From the NCBI RefSeq assembly GCF_018977255.1, contig NW_024704744.1, positions 88,660,001 to 88,724,000 of the forward strand: a stretch of 64,000 bases of DNA, read 5' to 3'. The DNA is from Callorhinchus milii. Its lineage: Eukaryota. Position numbers and translations under genes: made by a program. The first letter of the stretch is position 1. Each line of letters begins with the position of its first letter. Positions 22,361-36,164 of the stretch are shown piece by piece. A model generated the notes under the pieces. The model saw only the letters and a program-made list of their open reading frames with translations, did not search any database and was not told the DNA's origin.

Positions 22361-24964
22361 CTATTGCTCCTTGCATATTAAGAGTTCTGTTTTAAAGTTT
22401 TGTGTAATATATCTAGGTCGTGCAATAGGTGTTGGGAAACAAATCAGTAAATATGCGTTTAGCAAATCATTCTTGCCGCTCACCATCATCAATACTGTAC
22501 ATGTTGTTTTGTGTGTGCGGTTCTAAACTAGCTGCAGCAAGTTCCTTTCAATGAATTCATTTCAGGGCAGTTATCATTATGGATGCTGGGATCTATTTTC
22601 ATCTAGTTTATAAAGTTAATGCCAATTGGGCATTTTGTAAATGAGCAGGGAGAATTGGAGGCGTTGTTTAGGCTACAACAATAATTATTCCCGGTTCTCC
22701 TTCGAGGTTGTTAAAAGTATTTTTTTTCTTTCAGCCTAAACCAGCCAATTAAGCTCAGTAAAGAAAAGTTTTTTTTAAATAATGTTTCCCAAATTATTCT
22801 CCCTGGTTTAACTTACAAGTGTTGATATATGGGTGTTCTTTACCCCCAGGTAAAGGTTGAGGTTTTGTCTCAGGAGTGAACAGAATAATAAGTGGGATTG
22901 GTATTCAAATTTTTTTTGTTATATGTGTACTTGTAAATGTACAGTTAGATAAGTTTGCAATGGAAACTCTGAGATCCCAGAGACAACCAAGGACTGGACT
23001 GTAAGGCAGCCCAGAAGAGCTTGCAAACTGTGGCAAAAGAAAATGAGAGTTCAACAGGCATCTATCTCCAGGAACCAAGGAGGGGCAGTGTCTGTGAAGA
23101 GTATTACTGAGAGGGAGTGGCAGAGTTCTGCAATCTGGTGGGTTAAGATCTCTCTGTGGCAGGCACTTATGTGCCATTAACAGTGCATGCAATTTACCAC
23201 AGGATAATATAACTGCCTTCATTTTAATTGTTCTACTGTTATCAGCACTTGTAGCAGTAACTGCTAACACAAAGACCTCCTCTGCACTGCATAGTCCCTT
23301 TCCTACAGTCGATCCACTTTACAATATATTCTGTAAAACACCTTTGAGCCATCTCAACAACATGATAAAGCGCTATATCAAATTCAAGGATTATTATTAT
23401 TATATGCTCTTATTTTGGTACTCTTTTGTAAATTGCTGTTTCTTCCTGTATTCTGACACCTGTATTCTGAGACCTCTTGGTTTTTTGGCTATGTTCCCGA
23501 CTCTGTTCTACAAAACCTCAGAAGGTCTCACTTCACGAGGTTGTGCTGGAGAGTGCTAGAGATTATTTTTATATAGCCATTGTAATTCTTCCATTGCTAG
23601 TCTCCACATTTTACAACTGTAAATAACACGAAAATAGTTGTTTTGTGCTAATTTGGGGGCAACATCAGCATCTTTATGTCAGCACTGAAGTAGTCGGCTG
23701 AACAGCACACACATCACTGGGATGAGATGTCAGGTTTGAGAATAATGCATTGCAAACACAGTGATGTGAACGGACCTGTACCGATGGTAGAAAATGACAT
23801 TTTCCTTGAGGTTTTAGGGGCTTGTGGAGAAAAACGTGGTTGGCTTGTATGTGAACTTATTGTCCAACAGAGGGCTCCCATATTAGTAGTAATTAGGTCC
23901 TGAAGATGTTCCCAGGTCCGCATAAGAATATAAGCATTTGTTGGACAAGAAAAGGCCATTAATGTCCAACAAGCCTTTATGTTGACCTTAAACTCCCATT
24001 ATCCCATTGATCTTCCATCCCTTCTCTCTTTGAAAACATCGCCTCTTGAACCCTGTTTACTACAATATCCAGGCCTCAGATTTTCTTCATTATATCGGTC
24101 TGTAAAAATGGTTCCCTTTCACCCTCATTGTAACTGGTACTGCATCTAGGTGAACGACTTCTTAGAATTGAACGATGAGCCAGGCAGTGAGACCTGTCAA
24201 CCATCAACCTTGGATTACTTCAAACTACACCTGGCTGGACTGTATAATATTTTCAAAATACTTGCAGTGGAATTGCTAACAAGAAAAAAATTCACACAAG
24301 GTATAAACAAATAAAAAACGTGTGTGTGGGGGATGGGGAGGGGTCTTTCTCAGAGTCAGTTTAACCCTATTTGGTTTACTGCACCTCAGACAAACTTAAG
24401 CACAGTTGAAATAATTGGGTTACAAATTGATCTTTTTTCTTTATTGACCCAGCAGATCTGTTATTCCAACCTCTTATTTTCAACTTTTGCTACTTGCAAC
24501 ATCTGGAGGACCTCTAACATTCTTTAGGACCTTTTCTTTATTCATTTTGGAGTTACATTTGTTTTCATTTATTTTCTGTTTCCTGCTTTATAGTTTGTAA
24601 CAAGCTGTGAAACATAGGAATGATATGGTTATCCTTCCCAAGGTTAATATCTCCCTGTTGGGGTGGTCAATTAATCTAGCAAAATCTAGTGTTTTCAATA
24701 GTGACGAATGCACCACAGTGTCCTGCTCAAATCCCATCAACTCTTATCAGCCTCTTTGGTGCCAATATGCATGTAGTGGGAATAGCCCACCATAGGTTTG
24801 TCATATTAGCGACAAAGGGAATTTTCCCACCCTAATTCTTTGTCTGTGCAGCAGTATATGAATCAACCGTTCAAACACATTTTCAAGAACTACAATTGTT
24901 TCGCCTTTTTAGTTTTGTAATCCTTTTGAAATGATTTGCTTTTACAAACCAGTCACTGGAGGCA

Positions 24965-25327
24965 TTCCACTCAGCTCCTGTTAACCCTGCAAGCTAAAGC
25001 CCCAACTAGGGTTGTCCTAGCTGGACAAGCAGCGGGAAAGCATGCCAGACAGCAATCTCAATGTCAAGCTATGCGGTTTAACTGCTTAGACTCCAGGAGT
25101 TACCCCAACAAACACTCTGGGGATCCCTAAGCCTTGGCTCTTGCCAAACTGGGCCTAATACTTCCCAGAATTAGTTAAGCAGGATACGTCCCTCCAAGGA
25201 CAGAGTGCGCATTCCATTCCAACACTCTATCTCTGAGATTTCCATGTATAGGTGAGATGTATGGAAATCTCAGTTTGGTTTGGATACTCTTAAGCATAGT
25301 GATGAGAATCCACATGTGGAAAACAGC
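24965..25327 (+). repeat. Unclassified dispersed repeat, copy 1 (orientation arbitrary)
   Basis: Aligns by eye with 55960-56230 (direct) and 38245-38598 (inverted). Confidence 0.8.
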
Positions 25328-26058
25328 TTTTACAAACAGATGCTCCTTCATTCTTAAGCTTGAAAGTCTTCTAAGGAATGAGAGACAAAGAATCTCCCAC
25401 AAAGCGAGAGTGACTCCAGAGTTTTGACACCTGTGTTGAAACTTTTTTTTTGCCTTAATGCATTCCACGCCTGAGAGTGTAACAATGAGAAGACTAACAA
25501 CTAAGAAGACTCTTGGGGTGTTAATGATTTACAAGGAAAATCAGGTCATCTGTGCCTATCAGAACAATGTTGATGAGCGAGCAGTATGAACAGCAGCAAC
25601 AAGCTGACATGAGATTCTATATAAATAATTCATAATGAAAGCTCTGGGTATTCAAAACTCCCTGTAGGCTGCTGTTTAGTTACATGATATCAGTTTTACC
25701 ACAGCAAAACTCATCCAATATGTGGCATAGAGTCCCTTGTCTGTTAAAATACCTGTACTTCTGTTAATAGAGCTGAGCGAGCTCACTGAGCTCAGATGAA
25801 TTCGGTCCAGATTTACATTGCAGTACCTTATTGCAGACATTGTGGATTTATAAATCTCTGGAAGGTTTGTATCAACTGCACCAGTGGCCGAGTGCTAAAG
25901 CCACCTGCCAGACAGACTGCAAGACTTCAGGCTCCAATTCAATGCCCTGTATGAGAGCTGGCTGATCTCAGACAGGGCATCAACTGGAATTGCTCCAGTC
26001 AGCCTTTCGGTTAGGGAAGAGGAAACCAGTCAGGCTTCCCACATCGGATCATGGTCGA

Positions 26059-26270
26059 GAACATAAGAATTTGCTAGACGAAAGAAGACCAAGGTCCATC
26101 TAGTTCGCCTTCCACCATCCTGGCAGTCACTTGACATGTCGTGTCCCAAATATACTGTATCCTGAGATCTTATTTTCTTGTAGAAATCTATCTAATTTGT
26201 TCTTGAAACAAATTATATTTTCTGCTTCCACTGTCTTCCTATGGAGCCTGTTCCATAAGTTTACTACCTG
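26059..26270 (-). mobile_element. CR1 3-prime fragment (third family)
   Basis: VVNLWNRLHRKTVEAENIICFKNKLDRFL; agaacataagaa tail. Confidence 0.8.
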
Positions 26271-27639
26271 TTTAGAATCCTGGATATGTTTGGTTGAGAA
26301 CAGGCAGGTGGATTGGCCTTGACAATGAAGAGATGCAACGGTAGAAAATAAAATTTGAGAGAGGGGAAGCAAACTTACCTGTTTTTTGCAATGCTGCCCC
26401 CTCTCCCCCAACGTTATATTTTTTACAAGAGTAATCTTAGGCAATTTTTGAAAATAAGGACATAATAAATCTAGGTGAAGGGGATGGCTGGGAGCACATA
26501 CAAACAGAAATTCAATCAAGTGAGAACATTTCTGAACATTACAGAAGAATTTTAAGTGTTGCAAATGACTTTTGAAAGTCACAAACAATAAAACTAAAAT
26601 CTCTTATCTACGCAAATACTTTTATTGTAAGTCTCCTTACACAATGGCAGATTGGCTTGCCTGTACTTCCAGTGAAATTTAAAACTGAAGGAATATTACC
26701 AACAAAATGACTGAATGTGTCATGATACATTTCATTCAAGATACAGCCTGCATTCAATTAAGAAATTGCACCCTTTGAAAGGAATTAAATTCCCTAGATT
26801 CCTAGAACAAGGAATGCATTGTTTTTTTGCTGTTTGTTTCCACTAGCAGCATTAGTCATCATGCACTACATTAAATATTCGTCAAATGTACTGCTCAACA
26901 TATTGACATTTGTCTAAAAAATTTTTTTACGCTTTTCCTGGCTATATTGAATGGTACCAGTAGTTTCATATAAACATGACATATCTAGCAGAATGCCACT
27001 GAGTCAGTCTGATGTAAGCTTCTATTTAAAATTCAGCCTTTACTTGAATTATGTGATATTGGTTAAAATAGCATTTAAACTTTGAGGTGTTGTGCAGCAC
27101 ACATCTTTTGAAACTTTACAATTTAGATTTCCTGTGAACTGAAGTACCTCTTCATCAAACATATTGCCTGTGTTTCGCAGCTAGGTTCAGAATGAAGGAA
27201 AGGTGCATCAACACATTGGACAGACGCACTTTAATTATTAATGGCTTTTGCGTAAATTGGAAACATGACAATGGGAGCAGTGAGTCCAACAGTAAGACTT
27301 CTTGATGCAGAAACTAAGATCAATTTCAAGTTTCTAATCATATCTTTTGTTCAAAATAAAGTTTTGTCTATGAAAATTCTATAACTTATTTTAAAAAATG
27401 TTTGATGTATCTAATATGAACAGCATGGTTATCCTAGTAAAACAACTTGTTTGTTTTATAATCATTCACCACGTATAGTATATGTATTTTTGTGAGAGTA
27501 AATTATGTATTTTTGCATAATGCTTTTGTATATTTAAACTCATGTAGTTCAAGTCAGTAGTGAGTATTGCCTTGCGAGTGTTGTGTTATATGGATTGTAT
27601 GGATTGTGACATGGTCCATCAGAGTTTATTTGTATACTT

Positions 27640-27669
27640 AATAAAACTTTGTACACAGCTGTAAATAAA
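27640..27669 (+). terminator. Candidate USH2A polyadenylation signals (tandem AATAAA)
   Basis: AATAAA at 27640-27645 and 27664-27669 ending an AT/TGTA-rich UTR-like tract, followed by ttgtatgtggt; earlier AATAAA at 24310 and 27355 are alternatives. Confidence 0.5.
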
Positions 27670-28370
27670 AATTGTATGTGGTATCATTCCCAAGAACAGT
27701 TTCAACTCTGAGCTATGGAATGGCAAGATTTGGGGTAGACAACGATTAGACCAGGAGGCAGCCAATTAGATCACTAATATTATGTAATGCTATCAACAGG
27801 AGGTTAAGCAAAAAATAACAAATGAGATAACGAAGGTGTGAAAGACTCCAGTGATCTGAGAAGTTGCTATTGAAATTGGAGTACAGCTTGTTTTCCACCC
27901 TTCTCCCCTTTTTTTTGCCACTCCCGCTGTTTGTAGCACTCTTGCCTCTGGATTTGACCTCTGCACTTGCACTTCAACTTACACCCTTGGCTGGAGACAC
28001 TACAGTAAAAAATGCAGTGAAGCACTTTGAGATGTCCTCCTCAAGTGAAAGTATTATTGTCTATTTGCTTTATTATCCTATCAGTGGAAGACAAAGTATT
28101 ACTGTATTTTAGCTGCAAAGGAAGACAGTTGTCCAGATTAAAAAGCAGTTGCCATCCTTGCAAGACTATAGCGTTGGTTATACTCTTCCTGACATAAAAC
28201 CATGTAATATGATGGCACAAAAGCCTCCCAAGAATTCCTCCTTCCCACTCAATGAAATTAAGGGCTGGCTATTTCATCTTGTGTAGCTCATCTTGTTTCA
28301 AGTACATCAGAGAATACAGTTATTGTGAGCATTAACAAGTCCACACACGGTTCATTTACCAAGCTGTGTT

Positions 28371-28376
28371 TTTAAT
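28371..28376 (-). terminator. Candidate KCTD3 polyadenylation signal (ATTAAA)
   Basis: TTTAAT on + strand; GU-rich ccgtgtgtggacttgtt follows about 20-35 nt downstream on the - strand; an alternative AATAAA(-) lies at 29220-29225. Confidence 0.4.
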
Positions 28377-29889
28377 TTATCAATTGAATATGGAACAAAG
28401 TGTGGAGTGCAAGTTATAAAACTGCAGTCAATTTTATACCATTGACTCAAGATACATTTTAGTTACTGTAATTACTGCTTATGTAAAAACATCCCTTTCT
28501 GGTTTTCAGTTAAATCAGGAGTTGAGGTGCTTGAAGCAGATCGTTCAGTTCTTTGTACAGTACTGTGCAAACCTCTGATATTGTGTCACAATCCATGAAC
28601 TGTGTACACTTCCAACATGCCTTAAATATGTGCAGTGAGCATTAGATCAAGAGCTTCAAACTCAGGCACTTTCTATTGCTGATGTCATGACCACTTAGGG
28701 AAATCAATTCCCATTTTTGTTGTGATTGGACATAACGTGAAAGGCGGAGCATTGACATAGCAGGGAAGAGGATATTGCAAAGATAGACAAAAGATGTCTA
28801 AAAGAGGTTTGAAGTGTACCATCTCAATGCCTAATTTTGGTGAAGCTAAAAACCCTATTCAGTTTCTTTTGAACATTTCTAGAATGTGAAAATCTGAGCA
28901 GAACATTCAAAGGAGCAGTGAAATTAACATGAACAACAATTTCACTCTCACCACTAGGATCACTGAAGGTGATGCACATGTTTTCAGCTGTTGTGTGGAG
29001 GGGATTCCAGTCATGTGTTTGGCAGCTTCCTTACTTCCCACCTGAAACACAGGAACAATTCTAGTGTCTGTGTGAAACCAGTACACTTGCAACAGTTGTT
29101 TAAAGCAAACCCAGAAAGATTTCCCAATTTACCAACCAGAACGTGGCTCTAGGATGATTTGTGCTATCTAAAGCCCAAGTCCCCAAATAGGATGTTGGAT
29201 TGGCAATATATAGCAACTGTTTATTTGTGTACAAGGCCATATTTCACAGCTCGTTTGACTCCCCATTTACAAGTTGTGTATAATGCACTGTGATCATTGG
29301 TGCAATAGTAAGTACTGTATTTACCAAAGCACAAACGTTTAGAGCATTTTGAGACTTAAGAAAACACATGCTCTTCCTAATGCCATTTACCATTCACAGA
29401 AATACTGTACATACTTTAATTGCATCATTTCCCCAGGTTTACAAACCTTAAAAGGAATTCACCTTGAACCCACACAGAAGAAAGCTCACATAGGCAATAA
29501 TATAGCTTGCACCACTTCGATACAGCTAACAATGAACATTTCCTGTAGAAACAGTCCATGAAAATTATAGAGGATCATATCTGATGTGAATCAAACAAAC
29601 AGATGTTAATTAAAAACAAGCTTTGATGGGCTCAGCAACTGGGGGTGGGGGGGCAGCCTGTGTCAATCACTTACTTATATGCTGGTGCTTAGTGAGGACA
29701 AATATAACCATTATGCAACCAAAATCTTTAAATACAAATGTGTAATACTGAGAAAACAAATAAACATGTAGTAAGTCTTCAAATGAAAATGTGATAGTGT
29801 ACAGAATATATGTGAGAATACTGTAGTGTTCAATAACTAAGTCTCTTGTTGGTTAAAAATCAAAGCAGTTTCATTGTAGTTACGATGAT

Positions 29890-30466
29890 TTACGCGCTGT
29901 GTTCCTGGCTTGGAGCTTCGGTTTTCTTGTGGCGAGGAGAGGTGGTCACTTTAGTTGGCGACAGTGAGGCAGCACTGGGAGGCTCACTCCCTCCCTCTAG
30001 CAACGCTGCCCACTGCTGCTGCCCTGCAACAGGTTTCTTCCTGCTCAGAAACCCTCCCTCAAAAGTACTTTTCTTCTTGCTCTCAGCCTTATCGGTTTCT
30101 TCATCTGGTACCTTTTTCTTGAGGTCAGCTGGGCTGTCGACCGCTTTCTGGCTTTCCAACATTCCGTCTGGACTCTTACTCACTCGTGTGTCTGTTGTCG
30201 GGCCTTTTCGATCAACAATGCTACACTCTGTAGCTCCAGGCTTCTTTCCTTTCAGTTCAGCCTCCAGCTGCACTGAGGAGTCGCTCTCATTACCAGCACT
30301 GCCCTTGTCCAAGACATTTTTACAGAATGTAAACGGCTGAAAATCGCGGTAGGTGTGAAAGCTCTCTGTCCTCCTCGCTCTCGCTAGCAGTGGACTCTCC
30401 CTGTATGGTCTCACAGAGCCGTATGTTGCAGTCTCATGAGGAGTCTCTTGGGTCTGAAGCTGAAGA
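29890..30466 (-). CDS. KCTD3: KCTD3 last coding exon (18)
   Basis: tttgtcctgtag|TCTTCAG; phase 2; LQLQ...ATYGSVRPYRESPLLARARRTESFHTYRDFQ...SPTKVTTSPRHKK...SQEHSA*; TAA at 29892-29890. Confidence 0.96.
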
Positions 30467-31418
30467 CTACAGGACAAAGAAACATAAATAAAACAATCAA
30501 GAGATGACTTTTTAATGAGTACAATTAAGTCAGTGAGTGTTCAACCATCACAAGCAAAATATGTTACAAAATAACCAACTTCTGTTACAAGAATTCTGCC
30601 AATTTCATTGCACACCACCATTAATTATACATTACCGGCATCGTCAGCAAACAGCTTTTTAAACGTGTTTACATTCACCACCCTCGACAGTTTTGAAGGT
30701 TACATTTCCTTCCCTCTTTAGACGAGGTGCTTGTCATATTCTGCATGTGGTTGTAACTTACATCTCATCAGACTGTGGAACAGTACGTCAATGTACAATT
30801 AGCACAAATAGCTTAGCTTGAATTGGCTGGAATTTCTCCCTAGTGTGCCTGAAAATGGACTGAGGCAATGAGACTCTGCCGCTCTTAATCACCATTCTCA
30901 CATCTGACAAGCCTACTTTGAATCCACTCCAGAGAAAGTGCACGTAAGGGAGGGATTACAACCTCTGTTGAAGTCATCAAACTATCACCCACAAACTGGC
31001 TGTAGAAAATATAGGATTATTATTACTATTTAAAAATACGAAAGTAACATGTAGCAATGTTGTAGGGTTAAATAGTTGGGGTCTAAACTGGTGCTGTTAG
31101 CTAACACCATTTCCATTCAAAACAATGAAAACATTTTATTAGTTTTAAGGAATCATCACATGACAAAACTTCAGATAAAGAAGATTAAAGTAGAGTGTGA
31201 CACTGAGAAACATATCCCAGTCCTGTGGCTTTCAAAAAGGGCTGAGATGATCAAGAGAAAACACCCAAGAAAGAGGTTTCAGTTCTACTCAAAGAGGTTT
31301 TAACTCAACTCAAAACGTTTCCCACTGGGTCTGTCTTTTTCAGGACGGAATCCTCCCTCAGGTAGAATTGATAGTTAAAAGGGGAGAAAATAAAAAAAGT
31401 TTATTTGAAAACAGTTAC

Positions 31419-31557
31419 CTTGAGCTTGACTCCCGTAGTTTAGCATGTTGTACGAGAGAGGCTGCTGGACTGATATTAGGAGTAGCACAGCGGGACGTGC
31501 TCAGATCACACTGATCCAGCAGCTTCAGCAGCTCTTCCTCAGTGGGACCTCCAATAT
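31419..31557 (-). CDS. KCTD3: KCTD3 exon 17
   Basis: 139 nt, AG/GT, phase 1-2; [32 protein letters not shown]. Confidence 0.96.
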
Positions 31558-32092
31558 CTACAAGGGGATCGATTAATTTATGAACAACAGGCACATTGAT
31601 TGACTGTTTTATGCATTCAACCATACAGGAGATCATCTGCAAAAATTCTTTCAAAATAAATCTCTTGGAACGTAGTTTTGTCAAGCGGCTGTGAACGCCC
31701 GCAGCAAAACAGAATATTTCACAAACCACCATTCTCTCTGATGCAAGTCTTAGTTTAAAACCCTCCAAAGGATCACATCTGCACTAATTTATGTGGCATC
31801 AGCTACAATTGCTAGGAAACAAATAACAGTATACTTTACAGCAATTGCATCAGACATTTAAATCACTCTGTTTGCACATAATATATGCAACACAATAATG
31901 AGCCTGGTCAAGTAAGTGTTGGTCGGGGCTATTGCACCACAGGGGGCATCAGCCAAGCTTAATCCTATCCTTAATCAACATGAAAACACATTGACTTTTC
32001 ATGGATTGGCGGGGAGAAAAGGGGAGGGTAAAGGGGGGGGAGAAAAGTCATTGGATACTCATCAGGAGCAAAACTGGCTGCTTTTAACCTTC

Positions 32093-32491
32093 AGAGGATC
32101 CAGTTCCAGATCCTGGTCCTCACCTACAAAGCCCTCAATGGCCTCGCCCCACCCTACCTCGGTGACCTCCTAACCAACCTGTCTGCTCCCTCCGCTCAGC
32201 CAGCTCTACATCTCCCGACCCACCCACCCCACAATTGGCGGGAGAGCCTTCAGCCACTCTGCCCCCAACCTCTGGAATTCTGCCTCGCCAATCACTCCGC
32301 CTCGCCCCCTCCTTAGCCTCCTTCACGTCCCGCCTCAAAACTCTCCTCTTCGACCATGCCATTGGTCACCCTACTTCCCCTCCCTTCTCCCGCCCCTGAC
32401 AGCTCGGGTCTGAAATGCTGTACACTGTCCAGCCCCTTGGGACGTCCACCTGACGTGAAAGGCGCTATACAAATGTAATCTTGTTGTTATT
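32093..32491 (+). mobile_element. L2 3-prime fragment
   Basis: aggatccagttccagatcctggtcctcacctacaaagccctc (RIQFQILVLTYKAL); tail gggacgtcc...gaaaggcgctatacaaatgtaatcttgttgtt. Confidence 0.88.
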
Positions 32492-32901
32492 CTCTACTTT
32501 AGCAATGATGTACCAGAAATGTACCATTTGCCCCTTCCCTCAGATTAGCACAGCTCTGCAAATATGTTGGTCAGTGCATAGAGAAAGCTCTCTTGTTTAG
32601 CATTTACAAGATGGTGCTTAAAATGGACTTTGAATTTGGTGGGTTGAGTGTCTTGACACATGCAGGAAGCCATACTATTGAAAAAAGCCAGAGTATTGAA
32701 ACCAGAGCTGCACAATGCTAGCCACGGACACATGGAAATTTCCATGGTGTACAAAAGGCGCTCCTCATGTGACCAACATGATCAGGTTAAAGAGTTAATT
32801 TACCCCCCTTCCCCCACCATCAGTAAAGTACAGAAAAGAGGATAACTGAACCATTTAACACCATGGTGCATAACTTACAGTTGTTTCTTTTTTAACCTCA
32901 C

Positions 32902-33086
32902 CTCTCTCTTCCCCTTTGTTTGCCATGTCCATAGCTGTGGTCAGATCCCACATCTGAATGCTCCCATTCCCATGACCAGTGAAGAGGTAGCGCCTTGGCC
33001 GTGAGCCCATCCGACTGGATCCTTCACATTCCCGCACTGTAAATGAACTTATGGTTGTGCAATCGACTGCCTGGATCTCACAAATC
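32902..33086 (-). CDS. KCTD3: KCTD3 exon 16 (WD40-like)
   Basis: 185 nt, phase 2-1; [51 protein letters not shown]. Confidence 0.96.
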
Positions 33087-33230
33087 CTGAAATTCAAAAA
33101 GGTCCAGCAATGGGATTTCTGATGTCACGCAACTACACAATGACTGCAATAAAAATTGATCCTCAAAATATGGGGAGCGGGGAAGGGGGGGGTGGTAGGA
33201 GAATATCAGTAGATTTGTTCCATGTCTTAC

Positions 33231-33327
33231 CTTTTCCCCGTGGAGGACAGGCGGACAAACAGCTTGCTCGTGACTGGGACAACTTTCTGAATGAAAACCT
33301 GCTGGTCATCCCTCTCCCCAAATGGCC
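33231..33327 (-). CDS. KCTD3: KCTD3 exon 15
   Basis: 97 nt, phase 1-2; [33 protein letters not shown]. Confidence 0.95.
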
Positions 33328-33722
33328 CTATAGGTCACAGAACAAAGGACATGGAATATTCAGACTGTTTTACTGTGGATCCACAGTCCATTACACAGAA
33401 TCTATTCTGGATTTAAGTCTGGTATTTAACTATTTATCTTTGACTGAAAAGAACGGATCCATACTGGGAACTAATTCAGATTTCTAAACTTAACGATTCC
33501 GTAGAATCATCAAAACAGAAACATATTTCATCCAATTGGTCTAGACTGGATTCACCCCCAGGTGAACAGACAAGACAATGAAACTGGGCAAAGGGAATAC
33601 TAACGTTAAAATATTATCATATGTTGGAACTTGAAAGATTTGCCTTTTGAATGCATAAGGCTATATTGTGCCTATATTTTCATAACAATTTACCTATCCT
33701 TTTGAACCCTAATAATATTTAC

Positions 33723-33878
33723 CAATGTCATTCCCAGATGCATAACTACCATGACTCTCTGTTTCTTCCAGTGAGAGTATTTTAAAAGAAGCTAGTGGTG
33801 TAGAGCCAGGCTGTGTGGAGATCATTCCTCTGAAGCGTGTCACTGTCCAGGTCCTCACATGGTTATTGTCCGCACACA
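33723..33878 (-). CDS. KCTD3: KCTD3 exon 14
   Basis: 156 nt, phase 1-1; [52 protein letters not shown]. Confidence 0.95.
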
Positions 33879-35686
33879 CTGCAGGTCAAAAACAGGTTAC
33901 TGCTAACTGCTATTAATCCCAGCATACCATTACATTTGCTGAATATCTATAGACAAATACAGAAAACAAAACGGGAGGAAAGACAACCTTAGATTATTTT
34001 CATAAACGTACAGAATTATGCTTTTGAGAGAGAGACAATTCATTATCAATGTGTTAATTATCAAAAATCACTACAGTAGCTGGGAGGGAAGAGGTTAAAG
34101 ATTACTGTGCTTTTTGGCAAGGGGAAGCTGTGAGAAGGAAGTAAGCTTTGTACTGCTGAGAAGGAATTGTGGATGCCCCCCCTAAATGATCCACACAAAT
34201 CATGTCACATTATATTCTGCTGGTGTTTCTAATTCTCGTTCCATTGGAAGATTAAAGTCCTCTTTATTCAAATTACATCCCCAAGGCAACAAGCAGGAAG
34301 AGGGAGAGGGTTTGTGATGAGACATGAAGTGGAAAAAAACAGCAATGATGGTTTCTGATTGAGCACGACGACAAATGGCCATCATCACAAAACAATCAGT
34401 CTCGGCGGATAAGTGTTGCATACAAAGGATCCCTCTGCCATTAGCCATCTTATCAAATCGAATCTTAATCTAAAAATAAACATTGTTTGATCTATACTGG
34501 TAAAAGTTATTTCAAAACAATAAACCAAACACATTGGTTGCCCTGTCTAAACACTGCAAAATCACATATACTGGTTGCTGTTGTGTCATGATTTATCATA
34601 CCAGTGTGCCAATCATCCACAGACCTACATTGAAGGTTCACCCAATCAGTGGATTTTACTGACACCTTCACCAGCAGATGTTGCTCTGCAACAGTAACTA
34701 AACCTGTACTACACACATCATGTTAAAGACAACCACATTAATCAGTAGCCAGTAAACGCGGGCCAGCAATTTGATTGAAGCATTTTTAACTAAAAGTCTT
34801 CACTTCTTTAATGCCCACAAGGACTATGGTGAGCCAATTGATTGAAGTAATAGGACTGCACAGATAAATGTGTATGTAGTGAAATACTCTCTTAACATAT
34901 ATTGGGAATCAACTCCCCCAGTTAGTAAGGCCTATTTGGAGCAAGGTTTCGCAATTGTACTAAAAGGTCCACTTTGTTCATGGATCTGCCCCAGGTCCCG
35001 AGAGAGCTCCAGTTAATATAGTTAGCATCTGCAGAGTCTGGATACATTGGCTCTTTGGTTTGGCTCCAGTCTGAAGTCTGCCATTTGGGAACCCCTAATT
35101 AGTCTTTCAATGGTTTACCCGAATATCAGTTGATTTGATTGCCAGACTGAGGTAGTTAATCTCAGGCAGCAGAGCTACCAAAACTGACCTGAACACCCAG
35201 GGCTAGGACGATGGGCTGTGTGGGGTTAGTGGGACATCAATCAGGATTCCCATTCCTGATCGTTTTCCAGTGAGCCTTGCTGGATTTGTAAAATATGAGG
35301 GTATCTGACACTGATTGTACAGGTGACCAAAAAGTTGTGATACCATTACAGTGTCTAATAAGTCTTAATGAAATGATGATTTTTTTAGATCATAGGGTAG
35401 TTACCATAACTTTTTGGTTATCCTGTATAATAAGGGTCAAATGCAATATCCTCCAGTAGAATAGTCTCTACAATGTCTAAGCTTAAACAAGAAGATTAAT
35501 CCCTTGGATGAAATACTATAGGGCAGCTAGCCACAATAGGACTTTATAGACACACACACACAATCCTATATGCACAAAGGGGAGAAGTGCAAATTTTAAG
35601 ACTTAAGAAAATCTATGTAAACAAATTACAAACAATGTAGAAACTATACTGCTCACTGAAATACACAAAAAATTCTAACAACATAC

Positions 35687-35857
35687 CAGATACTAGGTAT
35701 TTTTCAGACAGCATGATTTTAGTGACTGGACTCCGGTGGACCGTGAAAGTCTGGAAGAGCTGAGGGCCTGAGCCGACTGTCTCAGGATGCTGGACTATCA
35801 CGCGCACTGCTCCTGAGCTGGTTCCGTATGCGATCTCAATCCAGTTACCACTGACAC
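35687..35857 (-). CDS. KCTD3: KCTD3 exon 13
   Basis: 171 nt, phase 1-1; [57 protein letters not shown]. Confidence 0.96.
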
Positions 35858-36164
35858 CTAGAGAGTAAGGTCACAATCAACTCAAATTCTGTCAATAAAC
35901 GTTCAAACATGGCAACTGTTCAGCCAAGTCTACCTGAAACACTCCACTATCCACCTACCCTGTGAAGAAATACTGTAAATTTGCCTGAGAAGAGATGATG
36001 CTTTAGTTAATTTGACTGTGCTAGGTTTTGTTATTCGTTGTTGCAACATATTTAGTTTTATTTCAGATGCCCAAAATTCTCAGTTTTTCTTCTTCCCCCA
36101 AAAGTTTGATTATTTAATTTATTCTCTGCCCAGCACTAAATTCACTTTAACTGTTTGCGGCTCT

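Noticed and set aside
29846-30340. 164-aa + strand ORF
   Set aside because: Antisense shadow of the KCTD3 last exon with no independent support
30756-30785. AG...GTAAGT pair in the last KCTD3 intron
   Set aside because: 11-nt exon, not frame-preserving, weak pyrimidine tract
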